Source of the DNA: Phyllobates terribilis
Taxonomy: Eukaryota
Direction: 5' to 3'
Assembly (NCBI RefSeq): GCF_046119375.1
Contig: NW_027362762.1
Span: forward strand, 864,962,001-865,026,000
DNA length: 64,000 nucleotides
The first letter of the stretch is position 1; every line of letters begins with the position of its first letter. Shown here in pieces: positions 27,291-41,150 of this stretch. The notes under the pieces were generated by a model that ran no database searches, was not told the DNA's origin, and worked only from the letters and a program-made list of their open reading frames with translations. Made by a program: the position numbers and the translations under genes.

Positions 27291-27484
27291 GGCCACGTTC
27301 TCACGTTCTGTATTTGGTCAGTATTTTCTATCAGTATTTGTAACCCAAAACCAGGAGAGGAACAATCAGAGGAAAAGTATAATAGAAACACGTCACCACT
27401 TCTGTATTTATCACCCACTGCTGGTTTTGGCTTACAAATACTGAGGTAAAATACTGACCAAATACTGAAGGTGCGAATGTGGCC
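27291..27484. mobile_element. Palindromic Harbinger/Tourist-type MITE (second copy at ~39398-39585)
   Basis: GGCCACGTTC...GAATGTGGCC termini and long internal symmetry (CAGTATTTGGTCAGTATTTT / AAAATACTGACCAAATACTG). Confidence 0.75.
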
Positions 27485-27857
27485 TCAGTTTAACTTTAGG
27501 GGCAAGAGGCAATGACTTTATCTAATGACCTGCCTCACCCACCTTGATTTGTGGACTAAATTTTGAGCAGTCCACAAATGTGAGCTAAAGCGTACCTATA
27601 ATTTCCGGTGACTTTAAGCTTATACAACAAATAGGTTTGCTCTACAATATTGTCTAGTAGATGCTCAGAAGTAAGATGTAGTCTTCAAGTAAATAGAAAT
27701 AACTTTGGCACTCTAGTAGTTGCAAATGAAGAAGGTAGCTTTTTTCAATTAAATCGACCCATGTGCAAACAGATTAAGCCAACATTTTTGGCCACATAAG
27801 GTCTTTCACAAGATATATCTGTGTAAGAAGGGATGAGAGGATCCTGAGCTGTATGGA

Positions 27858-28674
27858 TGTAGGAGTGGTGGAGGTGATGGTCTGCTCCCTGACACTCCAA
27901 GGGGTTAAATTAGTTTTATATGAATGAATGCTTTGGAAGGTAGAACCCTCTGGTGCTGCAGTTTGGCCTAGTCAGGGTTAAGTGTAATGACCGGCCCAGA
28001 TAGCGGAGGGGGGAACTAGAGTTAGTGCTAAGTTCAGGAAGTGACAGTTCAGTTGAGAGAAGGAGTGAAAGCTGACAGCAGTAGTTTCAGGCTTTAGGCT
28101 GCTAGGGACAATGTGACCCTAAATACTTAAGGCAGTGGATTGCCAAAGAACCCCTCCGTGCGAGTCCATCTGTCGGCCTGGGAACACCTCGAGTTGGACG
28201 TCCGGGCCCTTGGGCACACTCAGGAGAAAATGCACTCAAACTCTCCGAGGCAGAGGGTGATAGAATCCGGCACTGCTAGTGCACTGCTAGTGGTGGAGAA
28301 TAATAATTCCTAGTGCTAGGGAAGTTAGCAAGAGGGATGCTCTACCCATACCAAGAACCAGGGCTGAAGTTGTGTCCAGTACTTGTGAGAAAGACAATAA
28401 CACGTGGGGACTTATCCTTTATGCCTGTTTGTAAAGACAGCCAGTTGCCAAGAAAAAGTTTGATTGTTTTTACAATTCCGTGTCCCCTGGATTGATTGCT
28501 GCAAAGGTTCCAGCAGAGGAAATCCCGGAGCCAGTGGAGGCCTGCAGGCCAGAAGTAAGTGTGATGCACCCCACACACAACAGCACACCGGGACAGGGAC
28601 ACGGTGTCTGTTGGTGTGCCAGAGTGAGCAGAGGCAGCAGCTCGTCCACGACTACCTCGTTCAGGCACCTTACA
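27858..28674. mobile_element. Solo LTR (817 bp, Gypsy-like)
   Basis: TGTAGG...CCTTACA termini; flanks TGGA/CGGA (4-bp TSD with one CpG-type difference). Confidence 0.6.
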
Positions 28675-29246
28675 CGGATCTAATCATGGCGCGACTAGAT
28701 TCGCACAGCTCAGGGTCCTCTGACCCCTTCTTACACAGATATACCTTGAGAAAGGCCTTATTTGGTCAAAACGTTGGCTTAATCTGTTTGCACATGGGTC
28801 GATTTAATTGAATAAAGCTACCTTTTTCATTTGCAACTACTAGAGTGGAAAAGTTTTTCTACTTTTCAGAATAAGCTGTTAACTGTGCGTACGTGAGAAA
28901 TGACACAATTTCTGTCCATTATATGACCAGTTTCTTCTCTGCAGCCTCTGTCTCTAGTATTCAGTTGTATCTGAGCTGGTGGCTGGAGACTAGTTACTAC
29001 AGTATATTGTCTCGCATACAGAGTACAAAGAGAAATTAGTGATTCCCGTCCCCCTATTTCCTTGTAGCATATTTTCAAATGCAGCGGCTACAGTAAAGGG
29101 GGACATTACTATTATTATTATTATCATCACTATTGTTTCAACAAACTGTGCATAAAAAAGTAGTACAAACGAATATAAGAAACTTTTGAGACTTAATAAA
29201 ATACATTTTTAGACCCGAAAAACTTTTAAAAACGCACTTTGTGGAA

Positions 29247-29689
29247 GTATCAAACTATAAAGAATCGGAGTAATCAACCCCAAAGACATATAGTATACTC
29301 TAGATAAAGTTAAAAGGGTATAAATTTTATTGTAATTATATTAAAAATAGAACAAGCAGTAAAATAATCAATTGGTATAAGGTGAAGATATATGAAAATC
29401 GCAGAAGATATGCCACATAAATCCTGAAGACATAAATACCAATGTGACAAACCAACATTATTTACCAGAAGCACCAAAACACTGGTTTGTCACATTGGTA
29501 TTTATGTCTTCAGGATTTATGTGGCATATCTTCTGCGATTTTCATATATCTTCACCTTATACCAATTGATTATTTTACTGCTTGTTCTATTTTTAATATA
29601 ATTACAATAAAATTTATACCCTTTTAACTTTATCTAGAGTATACTATATGTCTTTGGGGTTGATTACTCTGATTTTTTATAGGTTGATA

Positions 29690-29690
<1 letters not shown>
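29247..29690. repeat. Long near-perfect inverted repeat: ~208-bp arms, 28-bp spacer
   Basis: Arm 29247-29454 is the reverse complement of 29483-29690, with a few substitutions and one 1-nt indel. Confidence 0.93.
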
Positions 29691-31265
<1,575 letters not shown>

Positions 31266-31418
31266 TAGATGTAGGGAGGTATAACAACCCCCCTTTCTCC
31301 CGTATGGGACTATGAGACTGATATACACCCATAGCGTAGGTTCTATGTTTATACTTTGTGGAAGTAGCCGAAGATACGTTTCCCCTTTTATGCAATGTCA
31401 CAACGTTCTCTCTCATAG

Positions 31419-31557
31419 AACGAACATTCTGAACACAGAAGACGATACATTTCTCAAGACATGTCGATATGATAAAGAAAACCACTACTGTCCAATCTTT
31501 TACTTGGGCAAAATTGCCTCCTGGTCTGGAAATAACTTTAAGGATATAGCAATGGAA
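31419..31557 (+). CDS. P2RX5: P2X5 exon 7-equivalent (139 nt): TNILNTEDDTFLKTCRYDKENHYCPIFYLGKIASWSGNNFKDIAME
   Basis: TCTCATAG acceptor and GTAAGT donor; motif FLKxC...YCPIFxLG; phase 2 to phase 0. Confidence 0.96.
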
Positions 31558-31770
31558 GTAAGTTACATGTGTATATGTCGTCACGGAAAATGGCGGCTGT
31601 GTATATTGTATTTATAACTTTCTTTTCTGCTGCTAATTATATTTCTCTGAACACTGATACCGGTTAAATCCTATTTTTCAGACCATAATAAATGCACATA
31701 TTTAGATGAAAAAGCAAATTTCTTTATGTGGTATGGGCTACTCTTTAATGTACTGTCAATTTTACTATTA

Positions 31771-32054
31771 GGGCCCATTAAGACCGACCAACCCACGGTG
31801 GCCATTAATGGCTGCCCATCTTCTTGCAGGCTGACCGCACACAAAATACGACTGTTCTGTGCACATAGAAAATCATTGCTCTCGACAAAAAGTCCTGTTT
31901 ATAAAGAACTTGCTTAATAATCATCTCACCAAAGGAACATCTGTTTTTCTCATTCATTGGGTGATTGCCTACCTGTTTAGGTAGGCTGATAATCTGGAAA
32001 CGAGCATTCCTAGGAACACTTTTTCCCCAATTATTGGGTTGTCTGAATGGGCCC
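31771..32054. mobile_element. Harbinger/Tourist MITE with TTA TSD
   Basis: TTA|GGGCCCATTAAGAC ... GTCTGAATGGGCCC|TTA. Confidence 0.8.
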
Positions 32055-32313
32055 TTAAAGTCACCTACAAAAGAGCAGCTTAATTTTAAGGGATTTAAAT
32101 CAACTGAACAAGGCTGCAATACCAGACCCAGCCACCGAAAATGGTGGCGCTGCTGGCTCATAAGCTTCTCGCTTTTAACATTTATCTTTTCGTTTGGAGT
32201 TTCATAACAAGGTGATCATAAAAATAGACGCCAGTAAACCTAGACTCCTCGACATTGAAATTGCAACACTAGGAAGGAAAAGTCATGGAATTATGGAAAT
32301 CACAGAATGGATA

Positions 32314-32783
32314 TTAAAGAAAACCTGTCATGTAAAATAGCGCTGTTAACCTGCAGATATGGGGTTAACGTTCTGAACCTGTCCAGCACCCGCACAGAGA
32401 GCCCGGCTGCCAAGAGGAAATTAATTTTATTCCCCCCTTTATTCCTTGCTCTTTCAGTCACAGGCGCCGCGCCGGCATGATTTCAGTCACCCCTCTGTGT
32501 ATGGAGATTGACGGCTGTATCCGCAGCCCCGGCACTGACTGACAGCCAGCCCTAATGCTGAGCTCACTGTCAGTTCCGGGGGTGCGGGTACAGCCGCCAA
32601 TCTCCATACACAGAGGGGTGACTGAAATCATGCCAGCCCCACACACCTGTGACTGAAGGGGCAAGGAATAAAGTTTCTCCTGGCAGCGGGGCTCTCATTA
32701 CGGTGTCAGAACGCTATTAACCTGCAGATTAATCCCATATCTGCAGATTAATAGTGGTATTTTACATGATAGGTTCCCTTTAA
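32314..32783. mobile_element. TTAA-flanked palindromic MITE (same family as 59923-60337)
   Basis: TTAA|AGAAAACCTGTCATGTAAAA ... TTTTACATGATAGGTTCCCT|TTAA; both copies share TTAACCTGCAGATATGG. Confidence 0.8.
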
Positions 32784-32869
32784 GGATATGCAAATGATGA
32801 AAAAATTGGAAACAATTTTTTTAAAACATATCGATTTATTCAGTATGGAGCATGATCGATACACACAGA

Positions 32870-33830
32870 AATCCCGACACTTCCACGTCTTGGCTGCCAT
32901 TAATGAGATTATTAATGGATGTCTGAGGAATGTTCTGCCACGCTGAATGCACTTGAACGAAAATCATCAAAATCTGCTGCTGGCTGCTCCCTTTGCAAAT
33001 ACCGACCAATGACGTCCCAGATGTGCTTGATGAAAGACAGGTCCAGAAATGCTGCAGGCTATGGTGGCATGTTTATGTCACACAGGTTGCTCAGAGTAGC
33101 AGAAGCAACATGCGGCCTGGCGTTTTCATGTTGAGATATGGCTCCTGGGGCACTCTGCAGATACACCAACTCTGCGACCAACTCAATGTAATGCCGAGCT
33201 GTTAGTGTTCCTGAAAGGTGGCGACTACTGTATATTACGCAACCCCACACCATAATCCAGGGAGTATGATCTGTGTGACTTTCCCTTGTGAAGGCTTCTT
33301 CATGATGTTGCCCCTGTGTTCTCCAGATGGAGACCTGAGGCTGACATGGAGCAATGGAGGCTCGAAGAGAGGTCTATACTTTCCCTCGTGAAGGCTTCTT
33401 CATGATGTTGCCCTTGTGTTCTCCAGATGGAGACCTAATGCTGACATGGAGCAACGGAGGCTCGAAGAGAGGTCTATACTTTCTCTCGTGAAGGCTTCTT
33501 CATGATGTTGCCCTTGTGTTCTCCAGACGGAGACCTGAGGCTGACATGGAGCAATGGAGGCTCAAAGAGAGGTCTATACTTTCCCTAGTGAAGGCTTCTT
33601 CATGATATTGCCCCTGTGTTCTCCAGATGGAGACCTAATGCTGACATGGAGCAACGGAGGCTCGAAGAGAGGTCTATACTCTTCAGCAATGAGTCTTTTG
33701 TCTTGGACCTATTGATACCCAAAGATTGCCATGGAGACCACATGGGCAACGCCATCAAGAGGCCTTCACGTTGTATGATTTCCATAATTCCACAACTTCA
33801 CCGTCTTGGTTGCAATTTCTGTATTGAGCA
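32870..33830 (-). mobile_element. Old decayed Tc1/mariner-family transposase relic
   Basis: Minus-strand fragments MVWGCVIYS...QHENARPHV and ...IKHIWDVIG. A related relic lies at ~53500-53990. Boundaries are approximate. Confidence 0.7.
33281..33680. repeat. 4 x 100-bp tandem duplication with A-B-A-B variant order
   Basis: CTC(G/A)AAGAGAGGTCTATACT recurs at 33361, 33461, 33561 and 33661; diagnostic variants CTGAGG/GCAATGG and CTAATG/GCAACGG alternate. Confidence 0.92.
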
Positions 33831-34084
33831 ACGTATATTATAAAATATTTACATTGCAGGTGAAGGTGCAATATTTTATTCATTAAAGTTATGGTGCCCT
33901 CTAGTGAGATTTTAGAGGGACTGCATGAATGATGAATCTTGTTTCAATTATTGTGGTCAGAATACTAAGCTTAAATAAAATGTTATAGGAACAGAAAAAG
34001 AAAAAAAGTCGGCGGTGACCTTACCGTGTCACATACAGAAAATGTATGATATAACTTTATAACTAAATGTGCTTCTTTTCTCAG

Positions 34085-34221
34085 GGAGGGGTTATTGGCA
34101 TTCAGATAGAATGGGACTGTAACCTTGACAGAGATGCTTCTGAATGCCATCCCCAGTATTCATTTACTCGCTTGGACAATAAATTCACAGAAAAATCTGT
34201 TTCTTCAGGATATAATTTCAG
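34085..34221 (+). CDS. P2RX5: P2X5 exon 8-equivalent (137 nt): [46 protein letters not shown]
   Basis: TTTTCTCAG acceptor and GTATAA donor; GGVIGIxIxWxCxLD and the ATP-binding NFR motif; phase 0 to phase 2. Confidence 0.97.
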
Positions 34222-35643
34222 GTATAAATTTCTTATTAAACTAGAACTGAATGGGTCAGTCTCAAGCCAGGCACCCTTCTCCATGTTGCCTATGGCTAGG
34301 TTCACATACTGCATTTTTGGTGCAGATTTTAAGCTTGAATTTCTAAACTGCACCAAAGAGATGCATCTTCGCAATAAAAATTGACATGCTGCGAATTAAG
34401 AAAACAATGCAATAAAAGCTAATTTTTGCATATATTCTTTACCATAAAAATGTGCAGCACATGCATAAGGTTAACACTTTACGGACCCGGGAATTTTTCA
34501 TTTTTGCGCTTTTGTTCTTTCCTCGCCTTCTTTTTTATTATTTTTGTTGACATAGACATTCGAAGGCTTGTTTTTTGAAGGACGAACTGCAGTTTTGAAT
34601 GACACCATTCATTTTACCATATAATTTACTGAAACAAAGGAAAAAAATTCCAAGTGGGATGAAAGAGTGAAAAATATGCAATTCTTGTTTTTACGTTTGT
34701 CATTGTGCACTTAAAATGACCTGGAATAATGATTGACCACGTCAGTCCTATTACGGCAATAACAAACATGCAGCAATTTTTTTTCCTATTGAAGTGATGA
34801 AAAAAATTCTGAATATTGCAAAAAAAAAAAATTTCTGCTTTATGTTGTCATTTTCTGAGACCCGTAATATTTTTTCATATTTCTGCTGATAAGACTGAGT
34901 GAAGGCTTTTTTTGTGTGTGATGAGCTGACATTTTTATTGATAATTTTGTGTACATACAATCCTTTGATTGCTTATTATCAATTTTTTTAGGGAGGAGAG
35001 GTGACCAAAACAACACAATTCTGGTGTTATGATTTTTCTTTCTCATTACGGCGTTTGCCAATTTGGTTAATTCCATATTTTAATACATCAGACTTTTATG
35101 AACTCAGTGATGCCAAATATGTTTTTTTTATTTTTTTCCCTTTATTTTTAATGGAGGAAATGATGGGTGATATTAAAGAAGCACTCCTACTCCTCCCATC
35201 AAAATTTGTATCCTCTTAATACATTGCAGTCATCATATTTTACAGCACTGTGCACTTACAATTGCTCATTTTGCCTTTCTACCCAGCTAATTCTTCTCTT
35301 TTCTCTGCTCCATGTAGAAACAGGAAGTCTCTTGTCCCTGCATGACCCATTGCCCTATTTAACCCCTGACCCAGCTGCTCCCTCCTTCCCTCTGCCACAG
35401 ACTTTTGCAGTGACTTATGACATGTGCAGAGAAAATTGACCTCCTGTTTCTACATAGAGCATAGAAGGATTCAGTTAGTCTGTTTTTAATCACATGATGC
35501 CATAAACCTAATGGAAAAGAGAAGAATTAGAAAGGTAAAATGAGCAATTGTAAGTACACAGTGCTGTATAATATGATGACTGTAATATATTAGGAGGATA
35601 ACAATTTTGATGGGAGTGCTTTGTTAATTTTCTATATATATAT

Positions 35644-36224
35644 TGTGAGGCAGTGACCGGGATCGTGTACGAGGGACGGTATATCTCCCCCAGAATGTGT
35701 ACAGAGACCTATTAAAACCATTGGAGTGCATTGCAGTCACAGACACAGCTGTGGCTGCAATGCAGGAATGAAGGTGAGCGTGGACCTAGTCAGGCTATCT
35801 GGCTAAGGCAGATCAGTAAAAACCTGGCAGGGCCTTCATTTCTGGGAGGAGGTCACAGGAGGCAGTGGGGCGGCCTCCTCCCTCCAACCCGGGTTTTCCA
35901 GTGGCTCTTGCCACAGGTCCTTTAAAAACCCTGCACTAAGGATTAGTGTTGTTCTATGTTGGAACCTGCTAGGAGCACAGCAGGAAAGCTCAGCAGGATT
36001 GAGTGTGGCTGAACCACCGCCTAGGAAGGCTCTGCACCTGTCAGGCTCTGAGCGGCTGGCACGGCCGTTGCCCACGGCAACCATTGTGTATGGACTCTCT
36101 GTTAACCCGGCTGCGAACTGGAGGACTTTCTGTTTACCCGTGAGTTGCTGAAATAAAAGCTGTTTATGTTGGACTTGCTTGGGTCACTGCCTCAGTTACT
36201 GCACGGTGTGAACACCGCCGCCTT

Positions 36225-36227
<3 letters not shown>
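35644..36227. mobile_element. Solo LTR (584 bp) inserted in a (TA)n tract, TSD ATAT
   Basis: TGTGAGG...CCTTACA termini, ATAT on both flanks, AATAAA at ~36152. Confidence 0.75.

Positions 36228-36295
<68 letters not shown>
36228..36295. repeat. (TA)n microsatellite
   Basis: About 34 uninterrupted AT dinucleotides. Confidence 0.98.
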
Positions 36296-36301
<6 letters not shown>

Positions 36302-36649
36302 TTATTTATTTTATTTAACATTTTTTATTAATTTTTCATTTGTTTTAGTCCTCTTAGAAGCCTTGAACCTGCAATCATTGGTTTCACAGTATTAATTAAA
36401 CCCAAAGAAAAAGTGCTACAAAAATTAATATGTGAAACACAAAAAAATTATAAAAAGACAGAGTAGGTGAATAAAGTGCCCGGCTGAACCAGGGTTATGT
36501 GTTTTATGCCTGATGTAAAGACTTTAGATTCATTTTGTACACCAACAATAATTTTGCGTATCGCTGCGCTGCTAATCTTCCCCAATATATATGAAACGTT
36601 TCTGTTGGTAACACCATATTCATGCCCACACATGTCTTTCTTAATGAAG

Positions 36650-36743
36650 GTATGCTAAGTATTACCGTGATGCTAATGGGACTGATTATAGGACACTGAT
36701 AAAAGCTTATGGAATTCGCTTCGATATCATGGTGAATGGAAAG
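36650..36743 (+). CDS. P2RX5: P2X5 exon 9-equivalent (94 nt): [31 protein letters not shown]
   Basis: GAAG acceptor and GTACGT donor; motif [12 protein letters not shown]; phase 2 to phase 0. Confidence 0.97.
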
Positions 36744-37653
36744 GTACGTGATTTATAATATAGAAGAATACATTCATTGCAAATGGAAGAATTGTTGGTT
36801 TAGTTGTTAGTACTAAACATTCTTTGGAAAAAAGGTGCACATGATTGATGAAGACCATGGTGTTACTGTGGAGACCTTTGGAAGGAGGATATCTAGTCCT
36901 TATGGGATCACTTTTATTACTAAAAGGAGAGAGCCGGTGCTGGACTCCATCCCCCGAGGAACCGCGTTATAAACAAAAAAGTGAAGGGGCTCCAGGGTCA
37001 CTGAAAGGATGTAAAGGGGAAATAAACACCATGCTCTTCTGTTCAGGCTGGCAAAAACGGAAAGTGGAATGCTCCAATATTTCACTATCGAAAAAAAGAG
37101 TGACTATTATTCTGAGGCTAACATGATACAGATCAAATTCAGGAATAATGTAAAATTATATGTCAAGGAAAAATCCTTTTAAAAGAGAACCTATGAGCAC
37201 GATTTTGTAATTTAAAGTGAAGACATGGCTGTAATGGTGCTGTAATACTGATTAAATTGATAGTTTTGGTGAAGAAATCCGCTTTGTGGTTCTTCTTTAA
37301 TCATCATTTGAAGTTTTCTGCTAGTTAGATTTCGGTGCACAGGGGCCGGACTTCTCCTCCCTGTCTGTGATTCCCCGGCCCTGCTGCTGCCTCCTCCGTT
37401 TGAAGAGGAGATTTCAAACAGAGGAGACAGGTCGCATAAAAAGTAGTGACCTGTGATTCAAAGACCAGACGCAGGTGGAGGGGCCGGGGAATATCTCCGC
37501 AACGGAGAGGCGAAATTAAGAAAACAAAAAGTTTTATTCCACTCTGTAGCCACTATTACATCATGTGCCCAGCTCAACATGAGAAATTTGGTAAAAGTTC
37601 CTCTTTAATAGGTTTAGGAACCAACTTTGAAATACCCAATTATTATGATAATA

Positions 37654-39234
37654 CACTGCTCAAAAAAATAAAGGGAACACTCAAATAACACATCCTAGAT
37701 CTGAATGAATGAAATATTCTCATTGAATACTTTGTTCTGTACAAAGTTGAATGTGCTGACAACAAAATCACACAAAAATCATCAATGGAAATCACATTTA
37801 TTAACCAATGGAGGCCTGGATTTGGAGTCACCCCCAAAATTAAAGTGGAAAAACACACTACAGGCTGATCCAACTTTGATGTAATGTCCTTAAAACAAGT
37901 CAAAATGAGGCTCAGTATTGTGTGTGGCCTCCACGTGCCTGTATGACCTCCCTACAACGCCTGGGCATGCTCCTGATGAGGTTGCGGATGGTCTACTGTG
38001 GGATCTCCTCCCAGACCTGGACTAAAGCATCCGCCAACTCCTGGACAGTCTGTGGTGCAACGTGACGTTGGTGGATGGAGCAAGACATGATGTCACAGAT
38101 GTGCTCAATCGGATTCAGGTCTGGGGAACGGGCGGGCCAGTCCATAGCTTCAATGCCTTCATCTTGCAGGAACTGCTGACACACTCCAGCCACATGAGGT
38201 CTGGCATTGTCCTGCATTAGGAGGAACCCAGGGCCAACCGCACCAGCATATGGTCTCACAAGGGGTCTGAGGATCTCATCTCAGTACCTAATGGCAGTCA
38301 GGCTACCTCTGGCGAGCACATGGAGGGCTGTGTGGCCCTCCAAAGAAATGCCACCCCACACCATTACTGACCCACTGCCAAACCGGTCATGCTGAAGGAT
38401 GTTGCAGGCAGCAGATCGCTCTCCACGGCGTCTCCAGACTCTGTCACGTCTGTCACATGTGCTCAGTGTGAATCTGCTTTCATCTGTGAAGAACACTGGG
38501 CGCCAGTGGCGACTTTGCCAATCCTAGTGTTCTGTGGCAAATGCCAAGCATCCTGCACGGTGTTGGGCTGTGAGCACAACCCCCCATGTGTGGACGTCGG
38601 GCCCTCATACCACCCTCATGGAGTCGGTTTCTAACCGTTTGTGCAAACACATGCACATTTGTGGCCTGCTGTAGGTCATTTTGCAGGGCTCTGGCAGTGC
38701 TCCCCCTGTTCCTCCTTGCACAAAGGCGGGGGTAGCGGTCCTGCTGCTGGGTTGTTGCCCTCCTATGGCCCCCTCCACATCTCCTGGTGTACTGGCCTGT
38801 CTCCTGGTAGCGCCTCCAGCCTCTGGACACTACGCTGACAGACACAGCAAACCTTCTTGCCACAGCTCGCATTGATGTGCCATCCTGGATGAGCTGCACT
38901 ACCTGAGCAACTTCTGTGGGTTGTAGAGTCTGTCTCATGCTACCACGAGTGTGAAAGCACAACCAACATTCAAAAGTGAACAAAACATCAGCCAGAAAGC
39001 ATTGGTACTGAGATGTGGTCTGTGGTCCCCACCTGCAGAACCACTCCTTTATTGAGGGTGTCTTGATAATTGCCAATAATTTCCATCTATTGTCTATTCC
39101 ATTTGCACAATAGCATGTGAAATTGATTGTCAATCATTGTTTCTTCCTAAGTGGACAGTTTGATTTCACAGAAGTTTGATTTACTTGGAGTTATATTCTG
39201 TTGTTTAAGTGTTCCCTTTACTTTTTGAGCAGTG
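37654..39234 (-). mobile_element. Full-length defective Tc1 DD34E transposon (1581 bp)
   Basis: TA|CACTGCTCAAAAAAATAAAGGGAACACT TIRs and TA TSD. Transposase pieces [16 protein letters not shown]..., FTDESRF and QDNARPH...SPDLNPIE are split by a frameshift and stops. Confidence 0.95.
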
Positions 39235-39592
39235 TATAACAGATCACCATTGTCGGGACCCTTATCTTTTATAACCAGTTTCACACTCTCGACTTTCATA
39301 GTTCGATTACAGACGAAAATATCCAGATCAGGCCGTGGATGTTCTGACCTGAACTCAAAAGCTTGATAAGTATATAACTTCTTGGTCCTTACTTTAAGGC
39401 CACGTTCACATGTTCAGTATTTGGTGAGTATTTTACATCAGTATTTGTTAGCCAAAATCAGGAGTGGAACAATCAGAGGAAAAGTATAATAGAAACACTT
39501 CACCACTTCTGCATTTTTCACCCACTCCTTGATTTGGCTTACAAATACTGATGTAAAATACTGACCAAATACTGAACATGTGACTATGACCA

Positions 39593-41150
39593 TCTACTAT
39601 ATAATTGTTTTATCCCGTCTGTCTGTCTGTCTGTCTGTCCTGGAAATCCCGCGTCGCTCATTGGTCCGGCAGAGGCCAATCAGCGCCGCGGGATTTCTGA
39701 AAAAAGATGGCGGCCGTTAGCGGCTCATCTGGCGGACGGAGGTCAGTGGCGATGCAGCGGGGAGATGAGCAGCGCTAGCAGCACAACTACCCCGACCGGC
39801 GCCGCTGACCTCTATGCGGCTAATGTCGGAAGATCAGCGGCTTGGCCCGCTGATCTCCCGACAGCAAGTGTGAACGGAGGACCGGGCAGCGGCGCCGCCG
39901 GTCGGGATGCTTCTGCTGCGAGCAGCCGCTCATCTCCCGGCTTCTCGCAGCAGAAGGAGCCGCACAGGCAGCGCCGCTCCCCGGTCCTCGCTAATACGGA
40001 GCCGCACAAGCAGCGCCGCTCCCAGGCCCACACTAATACGACGCTGATTGGTCGCGGTGGCCGGCCGCGACCAATCAGCGAGATGAGTGGCAAATTTAAA
40101 CGCCGCTCTGCTGATTGGTCACGGCCGGCCACCGCGACCAATCAGCGAGATGAGTGGCAAATTTAAACGCCGCTCTGCTGATTGGTCGCGGCCGGCTAAC
40201 GCGACCAATCAGCGAGATGGGCGGCAAATTTAAACGCCGCTCTGCTGATTGGTCGCGGCCGGCTACCGCGACCAATCAGCGATATCGGCGGCAAATTTAA
40301 ACGCCGCTCTGCTCATTGGTCGCGGTGGCCGACCGCGACCAATCAGCGAGATGGGCGGCAAATTTAAACGCCGCTATGCTGATTGGTCACGGCCAGCCAC
40401 CGCGACCAATCAGCATAGCGGCGTTTAAATTTGCCGCCCATCTCGCTGATTGGTCGCGGTGGCCGACCGCGACCAATCAGCGAGATGGGCGGCAAATTTA
40501 AACGCCGCTATGCTGATTGGTCGCGGTGGCTGGCCGTGACCAATCAGCGATATGGCCGGCAAATTTAAACGCCGCTCTGCTCATTGGTCGAGGTGGCCGG
40601 CCGCGACCAATCAGCGAGATGGGCGGCACATTTAAACGCCGCTCTGCTGATTGGTCGCGGCCGCCGGCTGACCGCGACCAATCAGCGAGATTGGCGCCAA
40701 ATGTAAACACCGCTGTGCTGATTGGTCACGGCCGCCAGCCGCGACCAATCAGCGAGACTGGCGCCAAACTTAAACAACGCTCTGCTGATTGGTCGCGGCC
40801 GCCTGCGACCGCTACCAATCAGCGATTTTGGGGCCAAATTTAAACACCGCTCTGCCCATTGGTCCCGGCCGCCGGCCGGCCGAGACCAATCAGCGAGATT
40901 GCCGCCAAATTTAAACAAGCTCTCCGGTCCTCACTAACACAGTTCGCTGATTGGTCGCGGCCGCCACTCGTTACCAATCACCGATATTGCCGCCAAATTT
41001 AAACACCGTTTTGCTGATTAGTCGCGGATGCCGGCCGCGACCAATCAGCGATTTTGGCGCAAAATTTAAACAACGTTCTGTTGACTGCGCCCGGTCGGCC
41101 GCATACATATTCTAGAATACCCGATGCGTTAGAATCGGGCCACCATCTAG
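39593..41150 (+). mobile_element. Non-autonomous Helitron with an internal 67-bp hairpin/CCAAT tandem array
   Basis: Inserted between A and T; 5' TC, 3' CTAG; subterminal hairpin CCCGAT-N8-ATCGGG (41120-41139) 11 nt from the end; (CTGT)n near the 5' end; no TSD or TIR. Confidence 0.88.

Noticed and set aside
29420-29500. CUGAAGA in the palindrome arms as a possible third hammerhead
   Set aside because: It is followed by GACAAA rather than GAAA and has no valid NUH/stem I, so the architecture is not supportable.
36845-37130. Weak L1-like RT remnant on the minus strand (..CLFPLYILSVTLEPL..)
   Set aside because: Only a vague resemblance to the QGCPLSP..F...EPL motif; too decayed to call without a search.
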